Part shown: one piece after another, positions 16,705-25,293 of the stretch
Layout of the letters: the number at the start of each line of letters is the position of its first letter
How positions within the stretch are numbered: position 1 is the stretch's first letter
Origin: Acidimicrobiales bacterium
GTDB taxonomy: Bacteria > Actinomycetota > Acidimicrobiia > Acidimicrobiales > VFJN01
Assembly: GCA_035249805.1 (NCBI GenBank)
Contig: DATFFY010000494.1
Location: 1 to 36,799, forward strand
Length of the DNA stretch: 36,799 nucleotides
Direction of reading: 5' to 3'
Translations under genes and position numbers: made by a program
Notes under the pieces: model-generated
Database searches by the model: none
What the model was told of the DNA's origin: nothing
Seen by the model: the letters and a program-made list of their open reading frames with translations, nothing else

Positions 16705-17916
16705 CTACTCGCTCGCTACGGATGGCCGAGACCCCACGACGGGGCTACCTCTCGTGAGCCGTGTCGTGCCGCTGAGGGCCATGGCGATGCGGAGCTCCTC
16801 GTCGAGGATCTCGATGGCGCGCTCCACTCCGGCGTCACCGGCCGCGGCCAAGCCATACAGATAGGCCCGGCCGACCAGGACCGCGCTCGCACCCAGCGAC
16901 ACGGCAGCGAGGACGTCGGAACCGCGGCGTACGCCCGAGTCGAACAACACCTCGGCGCGGTCGCCCACGGCGTCCACCACCGCAGGCAGGGCATCGATGG
17001 CCGCGGGCACGTGGTCGAGCTGGCGGCCGCCGTGGTTGGACACGACGATCGCCTCCACCCCGAGGTCGACGGCTCGGCGAGCGTCGTCCGCCGACAACAG
17101 CCCCTTCAGGACGAGTGGTCCGCGCCACGAATGGCGGATCCAGTCCAGGTCATCCCAGGTGAGCGACCCGTCGAAGAGCCGCCCGAGCTCTTGCATGCTC
17201 CCGCGCGAGTCGCCGCCCACGTCGAGGTTGGGGAAGGCCAGCCGCTCGCCGCTGAGGAAGTGCCATGCCCACGCCGGGTGGCGAGCCCCTTCGACGATCG
17301 AACGCGCCGTCAACCTCGGGGTCGGAAGCGTCACCCCCGCTCGCATCTCCCGTTCGCGCTTCGACCGAACGCTGCAGTCGACGGTGACGACGAGCGCCTC
17401 GTACCCAGCCTGCTGTGCCCGTTGGATGAGGTTCCGGCTGATCCCACGGTCTCCCCACACGTACAGCTGGAACCAGAGCGGGCTCGTGGCCGCTCGCGCG
17501 ATGTCCTCGAGAGAGACGCTCGACAGCGTCGAGACCACATAGGGAACCCCGGCTGTTGCAGCTGCTCGGGCGACCGCGAGCTCCCCGTCGTGGTGGAACA
17601 GTCGGGGGCCTCCGACCGGCGCCAGGATGATGGGAGACGGGAGCCTCGCGCCGAAGAGCGTGATCGCGAGATCGACCTCGCGGACGTCGCGAAGGACGTT
17701 CGGGGTGACCTCGATGGCCTCGAGGGCCGACCGATTGCGGCGCAGCGTGCACTCGTCCTCCCCGCCGCCCTCGAGGTAGTCGTACGCGGCGGCGGGCAAG
17801 CGTCGACGCGCTCGCCTCGCCAGGTCGTCGATGCTGTAGCACCGCGACAGCGCGTCGCTCCGGTGGAAGCGCTCGCCGGGGCTGCCAAGGAGCTCGGCGA
17901 TCTCCCTGAGCTTCAT
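16705..17916 (-). CDS. FMN-dependent alpha-hydroxy-acid dehydrogenase/oxidase (L-lactate dehydrogenase LldD-like)
   Basis: ATG 17916 (MKLREIAELLG...). AAYDYLEGGGEDECTLRRN, LWFQLY, VVTVD, and active-site SNHGGRQLD. The upstream 67 codons of the track ORF are junk. Confidence 0.85.
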   Translation of the reverse strand: MKLREIAELLGSPGERFHRSDALSRCYSIDDLARRARRRLPAAAYDYLEGGGEDECTLRRNRSALEAIEVTPNVLRDVREVDLAITLFGARLPSPIILAPVGGPRLFHHDGELAVARAAATAGVPYVVSTLSSVSLEDIARAATSPLWFQLYVWGDRGISRNLIQRAQQAGYEALVVTVDCSVRSKREREMRAGVTLPTPRLTARSIVEGARHPAWAWHFLSGERLAFPNLDVGGDSRGSMQELGRLFDGSLTWDDLDWIRHSWRGPLVLKGLLSADDARRAVDLGVEAIVVSNHGGRQLDHVPAAIDALPAVVDAVGDRAEVLFDSGVRRGSDVLAAVSLGASAVLVGRAYLYGLAAAGDAGVERAIEILDEELRIAMALSGTTRLTRGSPVVGSRPSVASE

Positions 17917-17974
17917 GGCCGCGGGCCGAGGCCGATGGCGTCGCCCGAGCCGGCCACCGCCGCGGGCCGGTCCA

Positions 17975-19501
17975 TCAACTCGGGTCAGCGAGTCGCCGAG
18001 CGGTGCGGGCGGCGATCGCCTGGATCGTGAGGCTGGGATTGACCGCCCCGACCGTTGGCAGGACCGATCCGTCGCAGATCCAGAGGTTGCGGATGTCGTG
18101 GCTGCGGCAGTCGGCATCCACCACGGAGGTAGCGGGGTCGTCGCCCATGCGGCACGTGCCGAGGACGTGGTGCGTCCCTTGGCTGACGATCACGCGTTCC
18201 GCTCCGGCTGCCTCCATGATGTTGACGCCGTCGTCGGTCATCGCGCTGATCAGCCCCTTGTCGTTCTCTCCGTACGAGAAGGTGACCCTGGCGACGGGCA
18301 CACCATGGTCGTCGGCCTCGTCAGCCAGCGTCACCCGGTTGTCGGGGTCGGGGAGCACCTCACCGAGGCCGGCGAGGAGCCCCCAGTGGGCGTACTCGTC
18401 CAGGACCTCCATCAGGTCGTGCCCCCACAGGTCGGGATCGGCCTGCGCCATGGACTGGGCGAAGTTGATCGGGAACTGCGCGTACGTGTTGTAGATCCAT
18501 CCCCGGGCGAAGCCTCGGGCTTCGGGATCGGACGGGTAGGGGTCCCGGGTGAAGACTCCGACCGGCGGAGTCACGAAGCTGTCGAGCGGCCGTCCGAAGT
18601 GGCCGTAGACCACCGGGCCCGAGTGGACCATGAGGTTGCGACCGACCTGGTCGGAGCTGTTGGCGAGGTTGCCCGAGTTGAGCAGCAGCCTGGGGGTCTC
18701 GATCGCGTAGCCGCAGACGACGACGCGTTCGGCGGCCTGGAAGTGCTCCGTGCCGTCGTGCAGGTAGGTGACGCCGGTCGCCCGGGCGCCGTCGGTCTCG
18801 ATCCGGGTGGCGAAGCACTCGGCACGGATCTCTGCGCCGGCGATGACCGCCTTCGGGAGGTAGTTGACGTTGACCGACCCCTTGGCGTCGCTCTTGCAAC
18901 CGTCCATGCAGAACCCGTAGTACATGCACGCGCTCCGGCCCTCGACCGGACCGGTGGCGATGGCGTGGGGTGTCATCTCGACGCGGTAGCCCACCTTGTC
19001 GAACCCGACGGCGAGGACATCGTCCTTCGCCGACCACGGCAGCTCGCCATGGGGGTACGGCGCGCCGGAGGTCCATGCGGAGGAACGTGGGCCCGAGACG
19101 GGGAGCGCTCGCTCGACCTCCGCGTAGTAGGGCGAGAGGTCGTCGTAGCCGATGGGCCAATCCACCCCGACCCCATCCCGAGTCGCAACCTCGAAGTCGC
19201 TCCGATCCAGTCGGAGTGCCGCGGCGGTGTAGTGCACCGTGGTGCCGCCGACCGCCCTGCCGGTGTTCACCCGACCCATCTTCAGCGGGTCGTTGCCATC
19301 GGTGATCCGGGTGTCGTCCCAGTCGAGGGTCCCGAGCATCGAGAGCTCGTCGTTGACGAAGTCCTGCTGTGTGTGGAGCCAGCGACCGGCCTCCAGGACG
19401 ACGACGCTCATGCCTGCCTCGGCCAGCTCCTTGGCCAGGACAGCGCCGGCCGCACCGGAGCCGATGATGCAGGCGTCGACGCTGCCCTGGTGGGATCGCA
19501 T
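17975..19501 (-). CDS. GMC-family FAD oxidoreductase (gluconate-2-dehydrogenase alpha-subunit-like)
   Basis: VDACIIGSGAAGAVLAKELAEAGMSVVVLEAG, and C-terminal THHVLGTCRMG...DIRNLWICDGSVLPT. Start at ATG 19501. ATG 19552, which overlaps the upstream gene by 16 nt, is the alternative. Confidence 0.85.
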   Translation of the reverse strand: MRSHQGSVDACIIGSGAAGAVLAKELAEAGMSVVVLEAGRWLHTQQDFVNDELSMLGTLDWDDTRITDGNDPLKMGRVNTGRAVGGTTVHYTAAALRLDRSDFEVATRDGVGVDWPIGYDDLSPYYAEVERALPVSGPRSSAWTSGAPYPHGELPWSAKDDVLAVGFDKVGYRVEMTPHAIATGPVEGRSACMYYGFCMDGCKSDAKGSVNVNYLPKAVIAGAEIRAECFATRIETDGARATGVTYLHDGTEHFQAAERVVVCGYAIETPRLLLNSGNLANSSDQVGRNLMVHSGPVVYGHFGRPLDSFVTPPVGVFTRDPYPSDPEARGFARGWIYNTYAQFPINFAQSMAQADPDLWGHDLMEVLDEYAHWGLLAGLGEVLPDPDNRVTLADEADDHGVPVARVTFSYGENDKGLISAMTDDGVNIMEAAGAERVIVSQGTHHVLGTCRMGDDPATSVVDADCRSHDIRNLWICDGSVLPTVGAVNPSLTIQAIAARTARRLADPS

Positions 19502-19536
19502 GATCCGGCGCAGGTCCTGTGGCTGGTGCGGGATCG

Positions 19537-20082
19537 TCACAGGGACTCCCATCCCCGCTTGCGCTGGTGACGGGCGGAGACCTCGTCGAGCCCGATCCAG
19601 GCGTAGCCCTCGGGGTACGCGGGTCCCCCGAACCCGATGCGCTCCCACACGTCCGGATGGGCCATGTAGCCCGTGAGCGCCTTCGCCAGCAACCGATCGA
19701 TGAACTCCTTGGCGTGGGTCTCGAGCTCCTGGTCGGCCTGGCCACGGCGCATCCGGGTGATCAGCTCGCGCTGCGACGCATCGTCCAAGCTGAGGAAGCC
19801 GGCCCGCTCGAGGGCGCCGAGGCCGGCGCGGAACAGCTCAGGCTCAGCCGGCGTTCCAGCTCGCCGGTCGCCACGACCCAGCGGTCTGCCGGTGTTGGCT
19901 TCGATGAACGCCACGAGGTCGACGGTCGGTGGGACGCCCGGGAGGAGCTGGTCGAGGAGGGCGCCGAGGGTCTCCCGGACCTCGGCGAGGCCGTCGTCCG
20001 AGGCCTCGGACCGATAGCCGTCACGCCGGCGCTGCGCGACGACGTCCTGCTCGTTGGTGCCGATGCGGTCGAGTGGCTTCAC
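19537..20082 (-). CDS. gluconate 2-dehydrogenase subunit-3-like small subunit (no Tat signal seen)
   Basis: GTG 20082-20080 overlaps the stop of the upstream membrane-protein gene (GTGA). LLDQLLPG...AFIEAN...AKEFIDRLLAKALTGYMAHPDVWERIGFGGPAYPEGY resembles the GADH gamma-subunit family. Family call is from memory. Confidence 0.6.
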   Translation of the reverse strand: MKPLDRIGTNEQDVVAQRRRDGYRSEASDDGLAEVRETLGALLDQLLPGVPPTVDLVAFIEANTGRPLGRGDRRAGTPAEPELFRAGLGALERAGFLSLDDASQRELITRMRRGQADQELETHAKEFIDRLLAKALTGYMAHPDVWERIGFGGPAYPEGYAWIGLDEVSARHQRKRGWESL

Positions 20083-20480
20083 CAGGCCTCCCACGCGACG
20101 GCGAGGGCGCCCGTGAGCCCGAGCGCGCCGAAGGCCAGCGGCAGGAGCGGGGGCGGTCCCGCGGTGAGGTTCCGGAGCGTGAACCCACCCACGCGTGCCG
20201 CCACGCCGCGCAGGTGCAGCACCGTACCGAACAGCCCCTCGGCGAAGGCGAGGGCGAACACGGCCAGGACCACCCAGCCGAAGGCGCCGGATCGCGTGAT
20301 CGCCCCGGCCACGCCGGCGGCGGCGATGACCGGCGCCATCACGACGGGCCCGTACATCGACCTCGCGCGGAATGCTGCTCGGAGGTGGAAGAGGTACACC
20401 TGCCCACCGACCACGAGGAACGCCAGCGCCACCAGGAACAGGTAGGCCCGCGCGTAGGGCCAACCATCCCATGCGTCCAT
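20079..20480 (-). CDS. small integral membrane protein, 4 predicted TM helices
   Basis: 133 aa, strongly hydrophobic (YLFLVALAFLVVGG..., VVMAPVIAAAGVAGAI, FGWVVLAVFALAFAEGLFG, PLLPLAFGALGLTGALAVAW). Its ATG is 1 nt after the upstream TGA, and its own TGA overlaps the downstream GTG. Confidence 0.75.
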   Translation of the reverse strand: MDAWDGWPYARAYLFLVALAFLVVGGQVYLFHLRAAFRARSMYGPVVMAPVIAAAGVAGAITRSGAFGWVVLAVFALAFAEGLFGTVLHLRGVAARVGGFTLRNLTAGPPPLLPLAFGALGLTGALAVAWEAW

Positions 20481-20481
20481 G

Positions 20482-22245
20482 TCAGTCCCCCCTCATCTGC
20501 GCCACCTTGTCCCGGAACAACGTCGAGGCGATCGCAGCCCGACGAGGCTGCCCGTGGAGGAACGACTCCGCGAAGCCCTTCGCCTGCGCCCAGGTGACCT
20601 TCGCCGGCATCGGCGGCTCGTCGGGGTTCACGACGACGTCCACGACGGCCGGGCCGGGGTGCGCGAACGCGGAGGCGATGGCCGCCTCGACGTCTCCAGG
20701 GTGCTCGACCCGCACGCCGAGGCAACCGGCCGCCTCCGCCCACGGGGCGAAGTTGGCGGGACCCTGGAAGCGCACGCCGAACTCCGGGTACCCGAGGGCC
20801 ATCTGCTCCCAGAGGATCTGGCCGAGCGCCCCGTTGTTGGAGATGACGACCTTGACGGGCAGGTCGTGGCGAACGGCGGTGAGCAGCTCGGCCATGAGCA
20901 TCGCGAAGCCGCCATCGCCCACGAACGCGATGCACTGGCGGCCGGGGTGCGCCCACTGGGCCGCGAGCGCGTAGGGCAGGCCCGGGGCCATGGTGGCGAG
21001 GTTGCCGGACAGGTAGAACCGCCGGTCACCCCGGATGTCGAAGTGGCGGGCCGCCCAGGTGGCGATGGTGCCCGAGTCCGAGCAGAGGATCGCGTCGTCC
21101 GTCGCGAGCCGGTCGACCACCCGCATGAGGTACTGGGGCTGGATCGGATCCCGGTTCGGGTCCTCCAAGGCGGCCAGGTCGCTTCGCCAGTCCGCCATCG
21201 ACGCTTGCGCGCGCTCCAGGAACCCGCGGTCGTCCTTGCGGCGCAGCAACGGCAGCAAGGCGCGGAGCGTCTCGGCGGCATCGCCGACGAGTGGTACCTC
21301 GGTGGGGATCCGGGCCCCGGCCCGGGTGGGATCGACCTCGATCTGCACGACTCGCGCCTTCTCCGGCAGGAACGCCGTGTAGGGGAAGTGCGTGCCGACC
21401 ATCAACAGGGCGTCACAGTCGTCCATGGCGTCCTCGGAGGGCCGGGTCCCGAGCAGTCCCAGCCCTCCGGTGGCGAGCGGATGCGCGTCGGGGACCACGG
21501 CCTTGCCCAGGAGTGACTTGACGATCGGCGCCCCCAACGTCTCGGCCACGGAGATCACCTCGGTGCCGGCTTCGAGGGCCCCCGCCCCGACCAGCAGCAC
21601 GACCCGCTCACCGGCGTTCAGCACCTCGGCCGCTCGTCGGAGGTCGATCTCGTCCGGGACCTGGGGTGACCGCAGGCAGATCGGCGCTGTCTCCGGCGGC
21701 CGGCCGGTCCCCAACCCTCCCTCGAAGGGGTTCAGCCCGGGATCTGCTTCCTGGATGTCCACCGGGAAGGTGAGATGAGCGACGGTGCGGCGCGTCAGTG
21801 CGGTGCGCACGGCGTTGTCGACGAGCGCCGGGATCGAGACAGGCACGTGCACCATGGCGTTGTACGCGGCAACGTCCTCGAACACGCGATCGAGGTGCAC
21901 CTCCTGCTGGAACCCCGTGCCGAGCAGCGAGGTGCTCTGCATCCCGGTGATGGCCAAGACCGGAGCGTGGTCGAGCTTCGCGTCATAGAGGCCGTTCAGC
22001 AGGTGGAGCCCACCTGGGCCGGAGGTCGCGAGGCACACGCCGAGTCGGCCGGAGGACTTGGCGTAGCCGGTCGCCATGAAGGCGGCCGCCTCCTCGTGCT
22101 GCACGAGCACGAAGCGAATGCGGTCCTGATGGCGGCGGAACCCCTCCATGAGCCCGTTGATGCCATCGCCCGGAAGACCGAACACGGTGTCGACACCCCA
22201 GTCGATCAGCCGCTCGACGAGAAGCTCCGAAGCGATCTTCTTCAC
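20482..22245 (-). CDS. thiamine-pyrophosphate enzyme, pyruvate oxidase / pyruvate:quinone dehydrogenase (PoxB)-like
   Basis: GTG 22245 with ACGGAG upstream. LVERLIDWGVDTVFGLPGDGINGLMEG...VLVQHEEAAAFMATGYAK, and TPP motif IAFVGDGGFAMLMAELLTAVRHDLPVKVVISNNGALG. Confidence 0.85.
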   Translation of the reverse strand: MKKIASELLVERLIDWGVDTVFGLPGDGINGLMEGFRRHQDRIRFVLVQHEEAAAFMATGYAKSSGRLGVCLATSGPGGLHLLNGLYDAKLDHAPVLAITGMQSTSLLGTGFQQEVHLDRVFEDVAAYNAMVHVPVSIPALVDNAVRTALTRRTVAHLTFPVDIQEADPGLNPFEGGLGTGRPPETAPICLRSPQVPDEIDLRRAAEVLNAGERVVLLVGAGALEAGTEVISVAETLGAPIVKSLLGKAVVPDAHPLATGGLGLLGTRPSEDAMDDCDALLMVGTHFPYTAFLPEKARVVQIEVDPTRAGARIPTEVPLVGDAAETLRALLPLLRRKDDRGFLERAQASMADWRSDLAALEDPNRDPIQPQYLMRVVDRLATDDAILCSDSGTIATWAARHFDIRGDRRFYLSGNLATMAPGLPYALAAQWAHPGRQCIAFVGDGGFAMLMAELLTAVRHDLPVKVVISNNGALGQILWEQMALGYPEFGVRFQGPANFAPWAEAAGCLGVRVEHPGDVEAAIASAFAHPGPAVVDVVVNPDEPPMPAKVTWAQAKGFAESFLHGQPRRAAIASTLFRDKVAQMRGD

Positions 22246-22273
22246 GTGCGACTCCGTTCGTCCGGGCCCTCGA

Positions 22274-22305
22274 TTGACGGTATGCCCTCGAATCTGTAAC
22301 GTCAA
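22274..22305. promoter_or_regulatory. overlapping divergent promoter-like elements (TTGACG ... CGTCAA)
   Basis: Plus strand: TTGACG 22274-22279, 17-nt spacer, TAACGT 22297-22302. Minus strand: TTGACG (rc of 22300-22305), 17-nt spacer, TACCGT (rc of 22277-22282). Followed by hairpin TGCCTG 22309-22314 / CAGGCA 22324-22329. Confidence 0.4.
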
Positions 22306-22338
22306 ACTTGCCTGTGTTTAGAGCAGGCAGGAACGGAC

Positions 22339-22833
22339 ATGACCGAACAGACGCCGAGCAGCGACGAAGGTGGCGAGGCCCCCTGCTTCGCACCCCTCTT
22401 CGAGGAACCTGATGCTCCGAGCGAACGACAGCTCGCGCAGCTCGTGCACGAGCTCGCCGATGCGGTGGTGATCGCGGACGCCGACGGCGCGATCACGTTC
22501 TGGAACGAGTCCGCGGCTCGCATCTTCGGTTGGTCACCGGCGGAGGCGATCGGCAGATCTCTCGACCTCATCATCCCCGAGAGGCTTCGGGACCGGCACT
22601 GGGCCGGGTACCGCGGCGTCATGGCGAGCGGCGAGACCCGTTACGGCGTGACGCTGCTCGAGGTCCCCGCATTGCACAAGGACGGCAGGCAGCTGTCGGT
22701 CGCGTTCACCGTCACCTTGCTCCGTCGACCCGGTGAGCGGCCGCACGGGATCGCCGCAGTGCTTCGCGATGACACCGTCCGTTGGACGGAGCGACGTCAG
22801 CTCACCGACCGCATCGCGGAGCTCGAGCGCTGA
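22339..22833 (+). CDS. stand-alone PAS-domain protein
   Basis: 164 aa. LADAVVIADADGAITFWNESAARIFGWSPAEAIGRSLDLIIPERLRDRHWAGY...HKDGRQLSVAFTV is a typical PAS S-box. No output domain. Confidence 0.85.
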   Translation: MTEQTPSSDEGGEAPCFAPLFEEPDAPSERQLAQLVHELADAVVIADADGAITFWNESAARIFGWSPAEAIGRSLDLIIPERLRDRHWAGYRGVMASGETRYGVTLLEVPALHKDGRQLSVAFTVTLLRRPGERPHGIAAVLRDDTVRWTERRQLTDRIAELER

Positions 22834-22839
22834 CCGGGC

Positions 22840-23544
22840 CTACGCCCCGCAGAACTTGACGCAGCACTGCCCGGCTTCGGGCTCGAGCCTCGGCACCAGC
22901 ACGCGGTCCCCCAGGTCGAGCGCGCTGCGCACGCCTCGCATCAGGTGGAGGTTCATGCCGCACACCAGGTCGGTGTACTGCTCCGCCAGGGAGTGGAAGG
23001 GGCAGTTGGCCAGGACGATGTCGCCGTCGACGAGTCGGGGCTCGAAGCTGTGGTCGCGGAGCACCTCGAGGAGGGCATCACGCTTCCTGGCCTTCGATGC
23101 TCGGCCTCCAGCGCGGGCGACCGCCTCGGACCCCAGGGTCTCGCCGAAGCGCTTGGCCGCCCGCTCGAGCTCCTGCCGAACCGAGCGGCCGGACCCCTCC
23201 GACGCCGCGATGGCTTCGGCAAGCAATCGGCCGGCGAGGTCGTACTCGCGCGGTGGGAGAGACACCGCGATCTGGCGTTCCGACCGTCGGTACAGCTTGG
23301 CTGGCCGGCCAGCGCCCGGACCCGTCCTGCCCGTGAGCCGTCGGAACTCGACGTCGAGCAGGCCCTCCTCGACCAGCCTGTCGAGGTGGAACGCAGCGAG
23401 GCTGCGTTGCACACCGACGGCCTCCGCAGCCCGCTCGCGGCCAACCGGCCCGTCGCTGTTGACCACGAAGAGGTAGAGGGCGCGACGAATCGGGTCGTGC
23501 AACGCGGCGATGCCCGCTACTTGGCTCTCGAGGTCTCGGGTCAC
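22840..23544 (-). CDS. ArsR-like winged-HTH regulator with a Cys-containing C-terminal domain (paralog of 29031..29690)
   Basis: GTG 23544. LHDPIRRALYLFVV...PVGRERAAEAVGVQRSLAAFHLDRLVEEGLL...GRPAKLY. C-terminal VLANCPFHSLAEQYTDLVCGMNLHLMRG...EAGQCC. Confidence 0.75.
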   Translation of the reverse strand: MTRDLESQVAGIAALHDPIRRALYLFVVNSDGPVGRERAAEAVGVQRSLAAFHLDRLVEEGLLDVEFRRLTGRTGPGAGRPAKLYRRSERQIAVSLPPREYDLAGRLLAEAIAASEGSGRSVRQELERAAKRFGETLGSEAVARAGGRASKARKRDALLEVLRDHSFEPRLVDGDIVLANCPFHSLAEQYTDLVCGMNLHLMRGVRSALDLGDRVLVPRLEPEAGQCCVKFCGA

Positions 23545-23782
23545 GATGAGAGCCTACTAACGCAAGCCACCATTGCCGCTAGATACGTGCGGCGCCGGTG
23601 CGGGCGAGGACGGCGCCGAGGGCCGAACGGCGCACCACGGACTCTCCCGCCAAGGGTTGGTTGACCCACGCCACCTCCGGATGGAAGCGCTCGAGAAGAG
23701 GCCTCCCTTCGTCCACCTCAGCGGCGAGCGGCCTTCGGTACCGTCCCTTCACCAGCGGCCGTCCGGGGCGGCACGATGACGC

Positions 23783-24400
23783 TCAACGCTGGACGCCGGT
23801 CAGGGAGAAGAACTCGGCGCGAGCGCGGCCGTCGTCGCGGAGGTGGCCGTGGAGCGCTGAGGTGACCGTGCGGGCGCCGGCGGCCTGCACGCCGCGGAGT
23901 GACATGCACAGGTGCTCGGCCTCGAGGACCACGCCCACGCCCTTGGGGCTCAGGCGCGCTTGGAGGAGGTCGGCCACCTGTTGGGTGAGCCGCTCCTGCA
24001 CCTGGAGATCGCGTGCGAACAGCTCGACGACGCGGGCGAGCTTCGACAGACCCAGGATGCGTGGACCCGGGAGGTACCCGACGTGCGCGACGCCCCGGAA
24101 GGGGAGCAGGTGGTGCTGGCAGAGCGAGGTGAACGGGATGTCCCGGGCGATCACGAGCTCGTCGTACCCCTCGTCGTTGGGGAACGTCGTGAGCTGGAAC
24201 GGCCGTGGAGACAGCAGCTCGGCGTAGGCACCGGCGACCCGCCGGGGCGTGTCGGCCAGGTGGTCGTCGTGCGGGTCCCGACCCAGGGCGAGCAGGAGGT
24301 CTCGGATGGCGCGCTCGGCAGCGTGTCCGTCGATCCGCGCCGCACCATCGACGGCGTGGAGGTGGGGGCGGGTCGCCTCGATCGGTTCGGTAGCCGTCAT
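23783..24400 (-). CDS. folE: GTP cyclohydrolase I (type IA)
   Basis: DTPRRVAGAYAELL...FTSLCQHHLLPFRGVAHVGYLP...ILGLSKLARVVELFARDLQVQERLTQQVA...VLEAEHLCMSLRGV, including the Zn-ligand C-x2-H and C positions. Confidence 0.9.
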   Translation of the reverse strand: MTATEPIEATRPHLHAVDGAARIDGHAAERAIRDLLLALGRDPHDDHLADTPRRVAGAYAELLSPRPFQLTTFPNDEGYDELVIARDIPFTSLCQHHLLPFRGVAHVGYLPGPRILGLSKLARVVELFARDLQVQERLTQQVADLLQARLSPKGVGVVLEAEHLCMSLRGVQAAGARTVTSALHGHLRDDGRARAEFFSLTGVQR

Positions 24401-25293
24401 GCGATCTGCCCTTGGCGGGTCGGACCCACCAGCGGGGTCGAGGCGTGGCGGTGCAGGGAGAGGAACCGCTCCGGATGCGATCGCCTCGTCCCGCCCTCCT
24501 GCAGCCAGCGTTCCGACGCGCCCCGCGCCTGGGTGATGAGGATCGGTCCGTATCGGAAGTCCGTCGACGAGACCGACAGCGGGCAGAGCGGCGGGATGAC
24601 CCGGATGTCGGCGTGCTCCGCGTAGTACGCCACCTCGAGGATGAGGCGCTGCTCGATCAGGAGGGTGAGGGCGTGCAGCGCGCTCGACAACGGGCTGCTC
24701 GGCGGCGCTTCGAGCGCGCAGGCGTAGCCGGTGGGCAGGACGTACACGATGTCGGCACCGAGCGCGACGGCCTGGGAGATGGCGGCGTTGTCAGCGATCC
24801 CACCGTCGACGAGGTCGCGGCCGTCGATCCGGACCGAGGGGAACACCGCTGGGATGGACGCGCTGGCCACCACGGCATCGATCGAGTCGCCGTGGGACAG
24901 CAGCACCTCCTTTCCACTGGCGAAGTCGGTCGTGACGACGTGGAGAGGGAGCGGGGCGTCCTCGATCCGATCGAAGGCCAGATGGGTGCGGACCAGCCGT
25001 CGCAGTGGCTCCTCCGAGCACAGCGACTCGGCCCGGCCCATAGCCGCGGCGGCGAGGCGCCCGGCCTGGAGTGGGAACACGTCCCGGCGGTTGAGGCCGG
25101 CCCAGATCCTCGCCAGCTCCTCCAGCGCTGCCGCGTCAGTGCCGTGTCCGGCGATGAACGCTGCGTTCAGTGCCCCCGCCGAGGTGCCGATCACGAAGTC
25201 CGGGTGCACGTTCCGGGCGCTCAGTGCTTGGAGCATCCCGACCTGGACGGCGCCGAGGCTCCCGCCCCCGGAGAGCACGAAGGCCGTGGTCAT
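24397..25293 (-). CDS. patatin-like phospholipase
   Basis: FVLSGGGSLGAVQVG (oxyanion GGGxxG), GTSAGA (GxSxG) and LVDGGIADN (catalytic Asp). ATGA overlaps on both sides (25290-25293 and 24397-24400). Confidence 0.9.
   Translation of the reverse strand: MTTAFVLSGGGSLGAVQVGMLQALSARNVHPDFVIGTSAGALNAAFIAGHGTDAAALEELARIWAGLNRRDVFPLQAGRLAAAAMGRAESLCSEEPLRRLVRTHLAFDRIEDAPLPLHVVTTDFASGKEVLLSHGDSIDAVVASASIPAVFPSVRIDGRDLVDGGIADNAAISQAVALGADIVYVLPTGYACALEAPPSSPLSSALHALTLLIEQRLILEVAYYAEHADIRVIPPLCPLSVSSTDFRYGPILITQARGASERWLQEGGTRRSHPERFLSLHRHASTPLVGPTRQGQIA

Noticed and set aside
23579-23752. 57-codon minus-strand ORF (GTG start) between folE and the HTH regulator: VKGRYRRPLAAEVDEGRPLLERFHPEVAWVNQPLAGESVVRRSALGAVLARTGAARI.
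   Set aside because: Fairly high GC3 and the same strand as its neighbours, but no SD, no recognisable motif, and below the size where composition alone is convincing. Worth a tblastn, but not called.
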